A DNA stretch of 64,000 bases from an uncultured Anaerolineales bacterium (GCA_965195195.1 CBDAFF010000029.1:6553-70552); one strand, 5' to 3'; numbered from the stretch's first letter, positions 10,596 through 20,116 are shown. Notes: generated by a model not told the origin, from the sequence alone. A program made the numbers and translations.

Positions 10596-11750
10596 TCACA
10601 CTTTCGAAGTTAATTCGGCAAATATGGTTTCATACTTTGCCGATACAACTTCGCTTGAGTATTGTGCCATGACGCTGACACGGTCGCGCCTGTAATCCGC
10701 AGGATTCCTGAGGATCTGGAGAAGGGCAGCGGCCAGCTCGTCTGCATCCCCAGGAGGGAATGTTAAGCCCATACCCGTTGCCGTAGTAGGCTGCCGGACT
10801 CCGGGGAGGTCGCTGGCCACAACCGGAGTTCCCGAGAGCATTGATTCCACCTGAACCATCCCGAAACTCTCCGTGCTGTTTAAGCTGGGGAGCACCGTAA
10901 CATCGCACATCTTAAAGAAAGCCGCAAACTCACTCTGCTGGAGAATTCCTAAGAAAGCCCAATGGTCACCAAGCGCCTCGATCTGTGGGAGAAGGCGGAG
11001 GCGATATGCTTCCTCGCCCAATACATTTTCATGCTGACCAACATAAAGAACGCGGGCGCGCGGCATTTCTTTGAGAACGATCGGCATCGCCTGGGCGAGC
11101 ACCTCGGCACCTTTCTCTGTCGCCAGGCGTGCGGCCATGCCAATTACAGGATTCCCCTGGACAATATTGAAGCGCTCGCGCATGGATTGGATAACGAGGG
11201 GATCCGGTTCGGGCATTTCGATCGGAGGCGGAATGACTTCGACCTTATCGAGCCTATCATCTAAAATCGACGATTCTTCTGCATAATCCCGTGAGTTAAC
11301 TACGATCACATTCGCGGTTTTTGTCGAAATCATATTCGCCATATTTGAGACCAGGTTTGCGACCGTGTTCAAAGGTGAGGACGGCAGCAGGAGATCGCAA
11401 TGGTAAGTCATCACTACAGGCACACCAAAGGCGCGTCCAAGAAGCGAAAGAGGAGCGGCTTCGAGCTGCGGGACGTGCAGGTGAAGGATGTCATGCTTTG
11501 GGATCAACCGCGCAGCTCGGTAGAGGAAAGTTGGCATGATCGGGCCCTTGCTCACATTAAACAAAACCGGCACTCGCCTTACGTCCACACCATCCATTTT
11601 TTCAAGCGGTTGAAGAGATTGCTCGTATTGCGAAGTTAAGACCGTAACCTGGTGCCCGTGAGAAACAAGCATTCGCGCCAGGCGTTCCGTGTATACCGTC
11701 AGGCCGGAAAAATGAGGGCGATAGTAATATAGTGTGTTTAGAATGCGCAT
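10596..11750 (-). CDS. GT4-family (GT-B fold) glycosyltransferase
   Basis: Start moved from the track start (11831) to ATG at 11750 (MRILNTLYYYRPHFSGLTVY), which removes the overlap with the upstream gene. C-terminal STESFGMVQVESMLSGTPVVASD matches the GT4 E-x7-E region. Confidence 0.85.
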   Translation of the reverse strand: MRILNTLYYYRPHFSGLTVYTERLARMLVSHGHQVTVLTSQYEQSLQPLEKMDGVDVRRVPVLFNVSKGPIMPTFLYRAARLIPKHDILHLHVPQLEAAPLSLLGRAFGVPVVMTYHCDLLLPSSPLNTVANLVSNMANMISTKTANVIVVNSRDYAEESSILDDRLDKVEVIPPPIEMPEPDPLVIQSMRERFNIVQGNPVIGMAARLATEKGAEVLAQAMPIVLKEMPRARVLYVGQHENVLGEEAYRLRLLPQIEALGDHWAFLGILQQSEFAAFFKMCDVTVLPSLNSTESFGMVQVESMLSGTPVVASDLPGVRQPTTATGMGLTFPPGDADELAAALLQILRNPADYRRDRVSVMAQYSSEVVSAKYETIFAELTSKV

Positions 11751-11763
11751 ATCAACCCGCTTG

Positions 11764-12762
11764 CTAATTCGAGCCAGTGAGGAGCCACTTGCGAATATCC
11801 CGGTACAACCCTGAGACAGTCTCTCCTTCATTCAGTAAAGCAATGAAACCGAAGAGAGATCCTAATGCATAAACCATTCCATGAATGGTGAGCGAGATGG
11901 CCAAGGCCTCCGCTGTTGGAACATCAAACACAGAGAGCGCCAATACTCCTGCCACCTCAAACACGCCGAAATAACCCGGCACTGATGGAATTGCTCCACC
12001 AAGCAATGTTATCGTTAACATGAAGAACGCCCAGGTCCATTCCGCTTCGGGGATGAGGGCTCTCATGATCAACCAATACTCCACCCCAGCGAGAGCCCAA
12101 GTGATCACCATCCAACCAAGACTCGTGAAAAATAATCGAGGATCTTGAAGCGCCTGCAAGCCTTGCCGCACGCGTTCCCAGGCGGCCATCCAACGCTTTT
12201 CGCCTCCGGGAAGCCAGCTGACAACGCTTTCAATCCATTCAGGCTTGCGTATAAGAAGCCAAAGAACGGCAATAATAATAAACAGGACAACAGCGATGGA
12301 TAGTCCAGTGCGTGGTACGTTGGGAAAGCCGGCGACATGAGGAAGCAGTGCGAAAAGCAAACCTAAGGCAATCGCGAGATCAAACAACCGTTCAACAAGG
12401 ATTGAGGAAAGGACCGATAAAATCGATCCACCTGGATGTCTACCCAGTAGAACAGCCCGTCCCACCTCACCCAGGCGCCACGGAAGAATGTTATTTAGAA
12501 GATAGCCTTCATTCAGCGCGGCAAGTACACGACCGAATCCATATTTGTTATTCATCATTGTTTTCCATGCCGCTGTACGCGCCAGCATGGAAGCCAGGTA
12601 AACAACGACCGCAAGAAGCAAGAAACGCGCGTCCATCCTCTTTAACGCGGCGAGAAGCGGTTCCCAGCCAGCCCAGCGTAGAACCAGGGTCAGGGCTACA
12701 GCGCTGATGAGTATTCCCAGTAGGAGGCCAAGAAATCTGCGCGAGTTTCGTGACATTGACAT
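11764..12762 (-). CDS. Flippase-like / UPF0104 (LPG-synthase TM-region) family membrane protein
   Basis: Multi-TM with the family-typical PWRLGEVGRAVLL (P-x-R-x-GE-x2-R). Start is uncertain: track start 12816, internal MSMSRNSRRFLGLLLG at 12762 preferred. Confidence 0.65.
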   Translation of the reverse strand: MSMSRNSRRFLGLLLGILISAVALTLVLRWAGWEPLLAALKRMDARFLLLAVVVYLASMLARTAAWKTMMNNKYGFGRVLAALNEGYLLNNILPWRLGEVGRAVLLGRHPGGSILSVLSSILVERLFDLAIALGLLFALLPHVAGFPNVPRTGLSIAVVLFIIIAVLWLLIRKPEWIESVVSWLPGGEKRWMAAWERVRQGLQALQDPRLFFTSLGWMVITWALAGVEYWLIMRALIPEAEWTWAFFMLTITLLGGAIPSVPGYFGVFEVAGVLALSVFDVPTAEALAISLTIHGMVYALGSLFGFIALLNEGETVSGLYRDIRKWLLTGSN

Positions 12763-12912
12763 CAGGCGAGGATTATACACCGTTGATGATGCAGGCACCG
12801 TTTTTCGTACACACAAACCACGCTTTAGCCATTTCGTCCATCCTCAGGCATCCACTCCTTCCAAGTGATCGGAGAACGACCTTCTCGTTATGATTCTCTG
12901 GTAGAAGGTTAT

Positions 12913-13689
12913 TTAAGACGTGAATACGGTATCCAGCAAGTCATCTGTGCTTCGTGATTGAGCATCTTTTCGCAGCCATGTCAGGAACTCGATATTCCCC
13001 TTCGGACCACGCAAAGGCGAACAAATGAGCCCCTGAGGCGCAAGCGAGTGTTTGAGGGCAAAATCCAGAACTTGCTGGGTTACATCACGATGCACAGAGG
13101 GATCGCGAACAACCCCACCTTTTCCGACACGATCTGGCCCAGCTTCAAACTGCGGTTTGATTAAAGCGATCACATCTCCCCCCGGCTCCAACCATCCAAC
13201 GACGACCGGCAGCAGCTTCCGGAGTGAGATAAAGGAGACATCCATTGTTACAAGATGGACACGCTCAGGAAGTGCCTCCAAATAACGAGCGTTCGTCTTC
13301 TCAATCACGACAACACGAGCGTCGTTTCGTAATTTCCAATGGAGCAGTCCCTTTCCCACGTCGATCGCATACACACGCGCAGCCCCATGTTGTAGGAGAC
13401 AATCGGTGAACCCTCCGGTTGAAGCGCCGACATCGGCACACCGTCGCCCCTCCACGGTTACCGCAAATGTCTCCATAGCTCCTAGTAATTTCTCTCCTCC
13501 GCGGGAGACAAATCGTGGTCCGGAGGCTACCTCAATCAACATCCCCGGTTCTGCTTTTTGAGATGCTTTATGAATCAACTGTCCTTCCACTCGAACGAGC
13601 CCGGCCATGATCAATTTTTGCGCCGTGGAACGGCTTTCGGCGAGACCGCGGTCAACGAGTAGAAGATCGATACGTTTCTTGCTGGACAT
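12913..13689 (-). CDS. tlyA: TlyA-family rRNA 2'-O-methyltransferase (hemolysin A-like)
   Basis: N-terminal S4-like RIDLLLVDRGLAESRSTAQKLI plus FtsJ-like MTase motif CADVGASTGGFTDCLLQHGA. Confidence 0.9.
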   Translation of the reverse strand: MSSKKRIDLLLVDRGLAESRSTAQKLIMAGLVRVEGQLIHKASQKAEPGMLIEVASGPRFVSRGGEKLLGAMETFAVTVEGRRCADVGASTGGFTDCLLQHGAARVYAIDVGKGLLHWKLRNDARVVVIEKTNARYLEALPERVHLVTMDVSFISLRKLLPVVVGWLEPGGDVIALIKPQFEAGPDRVGKGGVVRDPSVHRDVTQQVLDFALKHSLAPQGLICSPLRGPKGNIEFLTWLRKDAQSRSTDDLLDTVFTS

Positions 13690-13792
13690 AATCCCGATTG
13701 TACTTCAATCCTCACATTCAACCCATTTTCATAACGGGAATAACGTGATCGAGGCGCCCCATCTCTTGCCCCCCTCAGAGGTTCCTGCTATC

Positions 13793-14674
13793 ATGCGGCC
13801 CATGCTCAAAAATCTACTGAAGGCCATGCGCCCCAAGCAATGGGTCAAGAATGGCATTATCTTCACGGCACTTGTTTTCGATCAGCAATTGTTAAATCTA
13901 TCGTCATTCCTAAGAACCTTTGGAGGGTTCTTAATATTCTGTTTGGGAGCAAGCGCAGTCTATCTCATCAATGACCTCGCTGACCTCGAACAAGACCGGC
14001 AGCACCCTGTGAAGCGAACACGCCCGCTCGCCTCAGGAAAACTCTCAAAGAACGTCGCGACAGTTGCCGCGGTTCTCTTCTCGGTCACAGCCCTCGGTCT
14101 CGGATTCTGGCTCGAAATCAAGTTCGGTCTCATCCTTCTTACCTATATGGTTTTGAACTTGTTATATTCTTTTTACCTAAAACACATCCCCATCATCGAT
14201 GTTCTAGTCATCGCCGCCGGTTTTGTCCTTCGCGTAGCGGCCGGAGTAGTGCTCATCACGGTTCAGCGATTTTCCCCTTGGATGTATGTCTGTGTTACTT
14301 TAATCTCACTTTTCATGGGTTTGGGGAAGAGGCGCGCAGAGATGGTTCTATTAGCGGACGATGCGAATTCTCATCGACGCGTGTTAGATGGCTACACTCT
14401 CTCGTTCATCGATCACCTGCTTTCGATTGTCTCCAGCACAACGATCCTCGCGTACTGTCTGTATACTTTCTCCGCTGAGAATCTCCCTGGCAATCACTTA
14501 ATGATGTTGACGATCCCCTTTGTAATCTATGGAATCTTCCGCTATCTATTTCTTATCCACGTAAAAGCCAAAGGCGGCGCACCGGAAGAACTCCTTCTTT
14601 CCGATAAACCACTCATGGCAACGGTTGCACTCTGGGGTTTAACCGCCGTCGCCATCTTATACTTCTCCCTATGA
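13793..14674 (+). CDS. UbiA-family prenyltransferase, decaprenyl-phosphate phosphoribosyltransferase (DPPR synthase)-like
   Basis: LLKAMRPKQWVKNGIIFTALVF and YLINDLADLEQDRQHPVKRTRPLASG (NDxxD plus RP-x-ASG) resemble the Rv3806c-type family. Track start 13607 overlaps tlyA, so ATG 13793 (MRPMLKNLL) is preferred. Confidence 0.75.
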   Translation: MRPMLKNLLKAMRPKQWVKNGIIFTALVFDQQLLNLSSFLRTFGGFLIFCLGASAVYLINDLADLEQDRQHPVKRTRPLASGKLSKNVATVAAVLFSVTALGLGFWLEIKFGLILLTYMVLNLLYSFYLKHIPIIDVLVIAAGFVLRVAAGVVLITVQRFSPWMYVCVTLISLFMGLGKRRAEMVLLADDANSHRRVLDGYTLSFIDHLLSIVSSTTILAYCLYTFSAENLPGNHLMMLTIPFVIYGIFRYLFLIHVKAKGGAPEELLLSDKPLMATVALWGLTAVAILYFSL

Positions 14675-15606
14675 CCCTGGCCAGCGCTTCTGGCAAAGCT
14701 ATACTCTTCGGGGAACATGCGGTTGTTTACGGTCAGCCCGCTATAGCTGTTCCTCTTAACCATATCCGTGTGACGGTTCAAGTTGAAAACCTCGATCCAG
14801 GAACAACTGGCGTACTCATAGACGCACCCGACATCAGCCAGTCCTATTGGCTCCACGAAGCGGATGGGGAAAATCCTTTGGCATCCGCAGTGCGCTTTAC
14901 GCTTGACGAACTCAGTGTGGAAGCGCCTGTAGATATCCATTTGACTATCCGCTCCCAGCTCCCCATTGCCTCGGGGCTCGGATCAAGCGCGGCTGTCTCT
15001 GTCGCCGTCATCCGCGCTTTGAGCACCCACATGGCGAAACCACTCGAAGTCGAAACGGTCTCCAAGATCGCTTACACAGTCGAGTGCATCCATCACGGCA
15101 CACCGTCCGGGATTGACAACACCGTAGTCGCCTACGAAAGACCAGTCTACTTCGTTCGCGAACACAAACCAGAGCTCATACCTATTTCCACACCGCTCAA
15201 TCTGATTGTTGGGGACACAGGCGTGGCGATGAGAACCACTATACCGGTGAGCCTGCTGCGTGAACGCTGGGAAAAAGACCCGGGGACATACGGGGGATGG
15301 TTCGAAGAGATTGGTGAAATCGCAATAAAAGCCCGGACTATGCTAGAAACGGGCTCTATCGAGTCTTTGGGCGCTCTGATGGATCAAAACCAGACGCTGC
15401 TGGAAGATATGGGGCTTAGTTCTTTTGAACTTCAACGTCTCATCAGAGCAGCTCGCAAGGCCGGCGCTTTAGGCGCCAAACTTTCGGGTGCAGGAATGGG
15501 CGGGATTATGCTCGCACTTGTTGAGCCGGACACCGCGCAAATCATTGAAACCGCTCTTCGAAAAGCCGGGGCAAAACAGGTTTTCATAACAGAGGTGGAC
15601 GGATGA
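14671..15606 (+). CDS. mvk: Mevalonate kinase (GHMP kinase)
   Basis: GKAILFGEHAVVYGQPAIAVPL N-terminus and GHMP motif PIASGLGSSAAVSVA. ATGA overlap with the ubiA-like stop. Confidence 0.85.
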   Translation: MTLASASGKAILFGEHAVVYGQPAIAVPLNHIRVTVQVENLDPGTTGVLIDAPDISQSYWLHEADGENPLASAVRFTLDELSVEAPVDIHLTIRSQLPIASGLGSSAAVSVAVIRALSTHMAKPLEVETVSKIAYTVECIHHGTPSGIDNTVVAYERPVYFVREHKPELIPISTPLNLIVGDTGVAMRTTIPVSLLRERWEKDPGTYGGWFEEIGEIAIKARTMLETGSIESLGALMDQNQTLLEDMGLSSFELQRLIRAARKAGALGAKLSGAGMGGIMLALVEPDTAQIIETALRKAGAKQVFITEVDG

Positions 15607-16373
15607 TTTTCCTCAAGCTTGGCGGCTCCCTAATCACAGATAAATCACAGACCGAAACAGCTCGCCTGGAAGTGATCGATAGGTTGGCCACTGAGATCCA
15701 GGATGTTCGCAGGGAGAACCCGGAATTAACGATCCTTCTCGGGCACGGTTCGGGGTCTTTTGGCCACCATGCTGCCGCGAAATTCGGCACCCATCATGGC
15801 GCATCGACAATTGATGATTGGAAAGGGGTCGCCGCGGTCTGGAAAGCGGCTAATAAGCTGCACCGGTTCGTAATGGACTCACTACTGGCGGCTGGTCTGC
15901 CGGTCATCTCTTTCCCTCCTTCCGCTTCTGCTCTCGCACAGGACGGTGAGTTGATAAGCCTCGCGATCCAACCTATTCAACTAGCGTTGTCAAAAGGTTT
16001 GATCCCCGTGACCCATGGCGACGTAGTGTTCGATGAAACCCGAGGAGCAACGATCGCTTCGACTGAAGCCATCTTCTCCTATTTAATCGAGACAATAAAA
16101 CCCAGCCGCATCTTACTTTCAGGCCTTACTCCTGGTGTATACGATCATTCCGGGGAGATCCTACCCTCAATCTCCCAGGCCGAATTTGCCGAACTCATTT
16201 TCGCAGATGATGCGCCAATGGATGTTACCGGCGGTATGAAAATGAAAGTCAAATACGCGCTGGCATTCGCAAAACAATTATCGGGCGCTGAAGTACGCAT
16301 CTTTTCTGGCGAGGTCCCCGGCCACTTACGAGAGGTGCTCCTCGGTTCACCAAGGGGGACGTTGATCACGTAG
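15603..16373 (+). CDS. ipk: Isopentenyl phosphate kinase (amino-acid-kinase fold)
   Basis: MIFLKLGGSLITDK and LLGHGSGSFGH are the signatures I recall for IPK. ATGA overlap with the mvk stop. Confidence 0.75.
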   Translation: MIFLKLGGSLITDKSQTETARLEVIDRLATEIQDVRRENPELTILLGHGSGSFGHHAAAKFGTHHGASTIDDWKGVAAVWKAANKLHRFVMDSLLAAGLPVISFPPSASALAQDGELISLAIQPIQLALSKGLIPVTHGDVVFDETRGATIASTEAIFSYLIETIKPSRILLSGLTPGVYDHSGEILPSISQAEFAELIFADDAPMDVTGGMKMKVKYALAFAKQLSGAEVRIFSGEVPGHLREVLLGSPRGTLIT

Positions 16374-16454
16374 CAACGGTCTTTTCCGTCATAAGAGCAA
16401 TCAATTCCCAATATTCAGGTGGGAAAACGCGTCCACTTCAGGGAAGGACGTAAC

Positions 16455-16483
16455 TTGATATCAATCACCGATTGCTCTAGACT
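16455..16483 (+). promoter_or_regulatory. Candidate sigma-70-type promoter for panB
   Basis: TTGATA (16455-16460), 17-nt spacer, TAGACT (16478-16483), about 45 nt upstream of the panB ATG. Confidence 0.25.
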
Positions 16484-16527
16484 CCGATCTATAACCTAAA
16501 TAATATTCAATCATTAGGAGGTCGAAA

Positions 16528-17385
16528 ATGAGTGATCGGAAAAAGGTCACCCTGCGAACATTGTTTAAAAAGGTTGAGGAAGGCGTGCCCATCACAATGC
16601 TGACGTGCTACGACTACCCGACCGCCCACTTCCAGGAGCAGGCAGAAGTCGATATGATTCTAGTTGGGGATAGCCTGGGCATGACGATGCTGGGCTACGA
16701 TTCAACGCTGCCGGTGACCATGAATGACATGATTCGGCATACGCAGGCAGTCCGGCGCGGTTCCCATAATGCCTGGTTGATCGGCGATATGCCCTATATG
16801 AGCTACCAACCGAGTGTGGAAACAGCCATACGCAGCGCCGGCAGATTCATGGCAGAAGCCAGTTGTGATGCCATTAAACTTGAGGGAGGAGCCGAGATCG
16901 TCCCACAGATTAAGGGTATCCTGGCTGCAGGGATCCCGGTGATGGGACACCTGGGATTGACTCCGCAGAGCGTGAGTGCTTTAGGCGGTTTTCGTGTCCA
17001 GGGGAAAGGCGCTGTACAGGCGAAGAAAATCATGGACGACGCCAAAGCACTCGAGGAAGCGGGCGTCTTTGCCATCCTGTTTGAGATGATCCCGGATCGT
17101 CTCAGCACATTGATCACAGAGAGCATGGAGACATGCTTCAATATCAGCCTGGGCTCAGGTCCTGATGCTCACGGGCAGTTGCTTATTTACCATGATATGT
17201 TCGGTCTCTACCCAAAATTCAAGCCGCGGATGGCGAAGGTTTACGCTGATGTCGGGAAAACCATCACCGATGGTCTTAAAGAGTATGTTGACGAAGTGAA
17301 AAGTAAAACCTTCCCCCAGCCGGAAAATTGGTTTGGGATCTCCGACGAAGAGTATGACGAGTTGATGAAACTAATCAAGGGATAA
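16528..17385 (+). CDS. panB: 3-methyl-2-oxobutanoate hydroxymethyltransferase (ketopantoate hydroxymethyltransferase)
   Basis: ITMLTCYDYPTA, LVGDSLGMTMLGY, AIKLEGG are classic PanB blocks. AGGAGG precedes the ATG. Confidence 0.9.
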   Translation: MSDRKKVTLRTLFKKVEEGVPITMLTCYDYPTAHFQEQAEVDMILVGDSLGMTMLGYDSTLPVTMNDMIRHTQAVRRGSHNAWLIGDMPYMSYQPSVETAIRSAGRFMAEASCDAIKLEGGAEIVPQIKGILAAGIPVMGHLGLTPQSVSALGGFRVQGKGAVQAKKIMDDAKALEEAGVFAILFEMIPDRLSTLITESMETCFNISLGSGPDAHGQLLIYHDMFGLYPKFKPRMAKVYADVGKTITDGLKEYVDEVKSKTFPQPENWFGISDEEYDELMKLIKG

Positions 17386-17421
17386 TCTAGCGAATGTACG
17401 TTTAGAAAAGGAGTAAATTCT

Positions 17422-18690
17422 ATGACCGAGGATATTCGTGCTCTCTTGCAGATACCCACTTCGCGCCTGGATGCTATAAATCAGATCCTTGCAGATCCCG
17501 ACATGAAGATCATCAACGATTTCTTAGATGTGGTTGCGAAATACGGCACACCAGAGGAAATTAATGCGAAAGCCGAAGCCGCAAGGCAGATGCCCGTCTT
17601 GCGCGAGAAGGTCGCAAAAACCCAGCCCGATTACTTGAAAGATCTGGACTGGCTTCAGGAACAGCGCGAAAAAGGCGCTTTCATCAGCATCGACGAATAT
17701 CGCAAGAAAGTTCTCGGCGAGCGAGCCGAGAAGATGTCATTCAATGATGATTTCGCCGTTACCCTCGAGATCAGCGCCTGTCAGTACTTCCCATATGTGA
17801 TTCTAGCTGCGAAACGGGCGATCGCGGAGGGGCTATTGATGCCCAGCAGGTTCATCCGCGTGCGTCAAATGAAGGAGCAGGAAGAGGATGGTGATCTCCC
17901 GGCTTTCGCAGCCGCCATGCAGATCGTCGGTGCCAGCTACGTGGAGACCCTCGACACAAAGGGTACTGACGGATCAAATGTTCATCTAGGCGGTCCCGAG
18001 ACCATCACCGGGTATTTCGGTGGAGTGGGTCAGCCGAATGAGTATGCTTTGAAATGGTTGGATGAATTCCTCTACTATTACACCAACTACGGCATCCGGC
18101 AGGTCTTGAATATAAATCCCGGAACAGTCCTTCTCGGGTACCTTCTCCATCGGCTCGGTGTTGACAATGAGTTCAAGATCTCGGTCTATATGGGGAATGA
18201 CAATCCGTACGCGGCGTTCTGGACGCTTATCGGCGCCAAGCTCTTCAGCCGGGAGGATGGGACCTCTCCGTTGATCGGTTTCAATTGGAGCAATTCCATC
18301 AACAATGAGACGATGGAGATCACGGCCCAATTCAGGAAGGATCTGGGATTTGAGGATGTGGTTCGATACGAACACCACATCGTTGAGACCTATAAAAGCA
18401 TCGTCCGCCAGCCTTACAACCGGCGCGATGAGTTGATCGAGATTGCCGATCATGTCGCCAATATTTCCGCTAAACACGAGGGGGCTGATCCCGAAATTGA
18501 CGTCAAGCGAGAACATCCAAGCGATATATTGGATTACTTCCGCGACAAAGAGGAAATCATCGAAACGGGCGATTGGGACTATCTGACCTTGAATTTCAGC
18601 GACAAGCTTGACTCCCTAAACAAGACCGCCTGGGCATTGACGGAGAATGGACTTTCTTTCATCGCCGCTGAGCATCTTCACGCTAAATAG
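17422..18690 (+). CDS. Conserved-looking hypothetical protein (422 aa), family not recognised
   Basis: Long ORF 36 nt after panB with AAAGGAG before the ATG. Globular-looking composition and no TM segments. I recognise no motif. Confidence 0.6.
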   Translation: MTEDIRALLQIPTSRLDAINQILADPDMKIINDFLDVVAKYGTPEEINAKAEAARQMPVLREKVAKTQPDYLKDLDWLQEQREKGAFISIDEYRKKVLGERAEKMSFNDDFAVTLEISACQYFPYVILAAKRAIAEGLLMPSRFIRVRQMKEQEEDGDLPAFAAAMQIVGASYVETLDTKGTDGSNVHLGGPETITGYFGGVGQPNEYALKWLDEFLYYYTNYGIRQVLNINPGTVLLGYLLHRLGVDNEFKISVYMGNDNPYAAFWTLIGAKLFSREDGTSPLIGFNWSNSINNETMEITAQFRKDLGFEDVVRYEHHIVETYKSIVRQPYNRRDELIEIADHVANISAKHEGADPEIDVKREHPSDILDYFRDKEEIIETGDWDYLTLNFSDKLDSLNKTAWALTENGLSFIAAEHLHAK

Positions 18691-18774
18691 CGATCCTTGA
18701 TTGCGAGCAGGTGGAAACGCCGGCCCGGTAACTCGCTAATGGGTTAGAAAGAAAGGATCCAATCATAAGAAATT

Positions 18775-19311
18775 ATGGATCCAACGGATAACCCCGTTAC
18801 AAACAAAGATGTCTGGGGAAGCACTGCAGTTTTCGCCATCATCGGCATTCTGCTGCTGCTTCCCCTGCTTTTCGTTTACCAAGATGTGGATTTCTTGCCA
18901 TCGCCGCAGGCAATCATTGCCGCCTCTGGAATTTTTTGGGGTGTTTTGAGTGTCTTCGCCTTCAGGGCATTCTGGGAGCTTTACTACCAGCACTTCTACC
19001 CCGGGTGGGTTCGTCCCCTCGCTCCGCTAAACATCTTCCTATACGCCGCATTCGGCTTTGTCTTATGGTTCCTGGCCAACAGTTTCAATACACTCCCAGT
19101 ATTGGTTTTCATTCTTCTTGGGGGGATCGAGGGTCTCTTGGAACACGTGATTGGGGTTTATGGCCTGCGGATCCTCGAAAAAGTACCCGTATTCAATGCG
19201 CTTAATCCTGGTCCAGTGTTCATTTTCTCATTCTTCGAGTACATCGTGTATTGGTCAATCGTAGCCTGGCTTGCGGTTGCACTGACCAAGTTCATACCCC
19301 AGGTGTTCTAA
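18775..19311 (+). CDS. Hypothetical integral membrane protein (about 5 TM)
   Basis: 178-aa hydrophobic ORF (FAIIGILLLLPLLFVY, LPVLVFILLGGIEGLLEH). Confidence 0.5.
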   Translation: MDPTDNPVTNKDVWGSTAVFAIIGILLLLPLLFVYQDVDFLPSPQAIIAASGIFWGVLSVFAFRAFWELYYQHFYPGWVRPLAPLNIFLYAAFGFVLWFLANSFNTLPVLVFILLGGIEGLLEHVIGVYGLRILEKVPVFNALNPGPVFIFSFFEYIVYWSIVAWLAVALTKFIPQVF

Positions 19312-19621
19312 CCTCGCAATTAAGTGGCAGATAGCCTGTCGGCGGCGATGTTCCTGTACTGCCCCCACACCCCCTGAGGACGATCGGTTTCGGTTTTACG
19401 TTTCAAAGGGATGTCTCTTAGGAGACATATAGCAGTGCTCAGGGGATATATATTGTGGTCGTTCCCAGATTGGTGAGGGGTTGATGGTTTATTGTGGAGT
19501 GCGGAAGCTCTACTTCCGGTCGCAGATAGTGCCTGTACTTTGAGTTTTGAGCGTAAATATCCTGCAGGTTCATCCTCCAGAGGATTATTTCCTGAGCCCT
19601 ACATGATTTGCGGCACCGTGA

Positions 19622-20116
19622 TCATTGCGGTGGCGCTTCCAGAATGGGTACACCAGAGGCGTCACCCGTGAGCGTTACAGCCCCGCTCCAAACCCAGCCA
19701 TCCTTGCCCTCGTCGATCCGTCGGATGTACCACCAGGTCCCATTTGTCTCGGACTCAAAACGCCCTTCAACGAATGCCCGCTGTCCCTCTAAAAAGAAAT
19801 CGAGACTGTCGTAACTCTCATCCGGTCCAAAACGGACATAAGCGTTGTAATCCGCCATGACTACAGGCTGGCCGGGCGTAGGAGTTACGGTCATTGCAGG
19901 AGTCGGGCTCTCAAGGGGTGGCGCCGGAGAGGGTGTGACGGGTATCGGCGGTGGAGTCTGAAAAGTCGCTTGCTTCGTCAGCTCGGCATCCGCATACGCT
20001 GTGGCTATCACCGCCTCGCTAGACCGTGTGGAGGACGCTCCCGTCCCAGCCCTACACGCGCCCACCAATATTGCCAGAGCTACCAACAGCGCTCCAATAA
20101 CACCCCGTCTCAACAT
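19622..20116 (-). CDS. Predicted lipoprotein with C-terminal bacterial SH3-like domain
   Basis: Internal start MLRRGVIGALLVALAILVGAC (lipobox LVGAC). Pro/Thr linker. C-terminus YVRFGPDESYDSLDFFLEGQRAFVEGRFESETNGTWWYI is SH3b-like. Confidence 0.5.
   Translation of the reverse strand: MLRRGVIGALLVALAILVGACRAGTGASSTRSSEAVIATAYADAELTKQATFQTPPPIPVTPSPAPPLESPTPAMTVTPTPGQPVVMADYNAYVRFGPDESYDSLDFFLEGQRAFVEGRFESETNGTWWYIRRIDEGKDGWVWSGAVTLTGDASGVPILEAPPQ

Noticed and set aside
13607-13792. 62-codon extension of the ubiA-like ORF
   Set aside because: It overlaps the tlyA coding region on the opposite strand. The family-typical N-terminus begins at ATG 13793.
17986-18516. 176-aa minus-strand ORF inside the 422-aa gene
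   Set aside because: It is antisense to a longer ORF that has an SD and operon context. It has no start context of its own.
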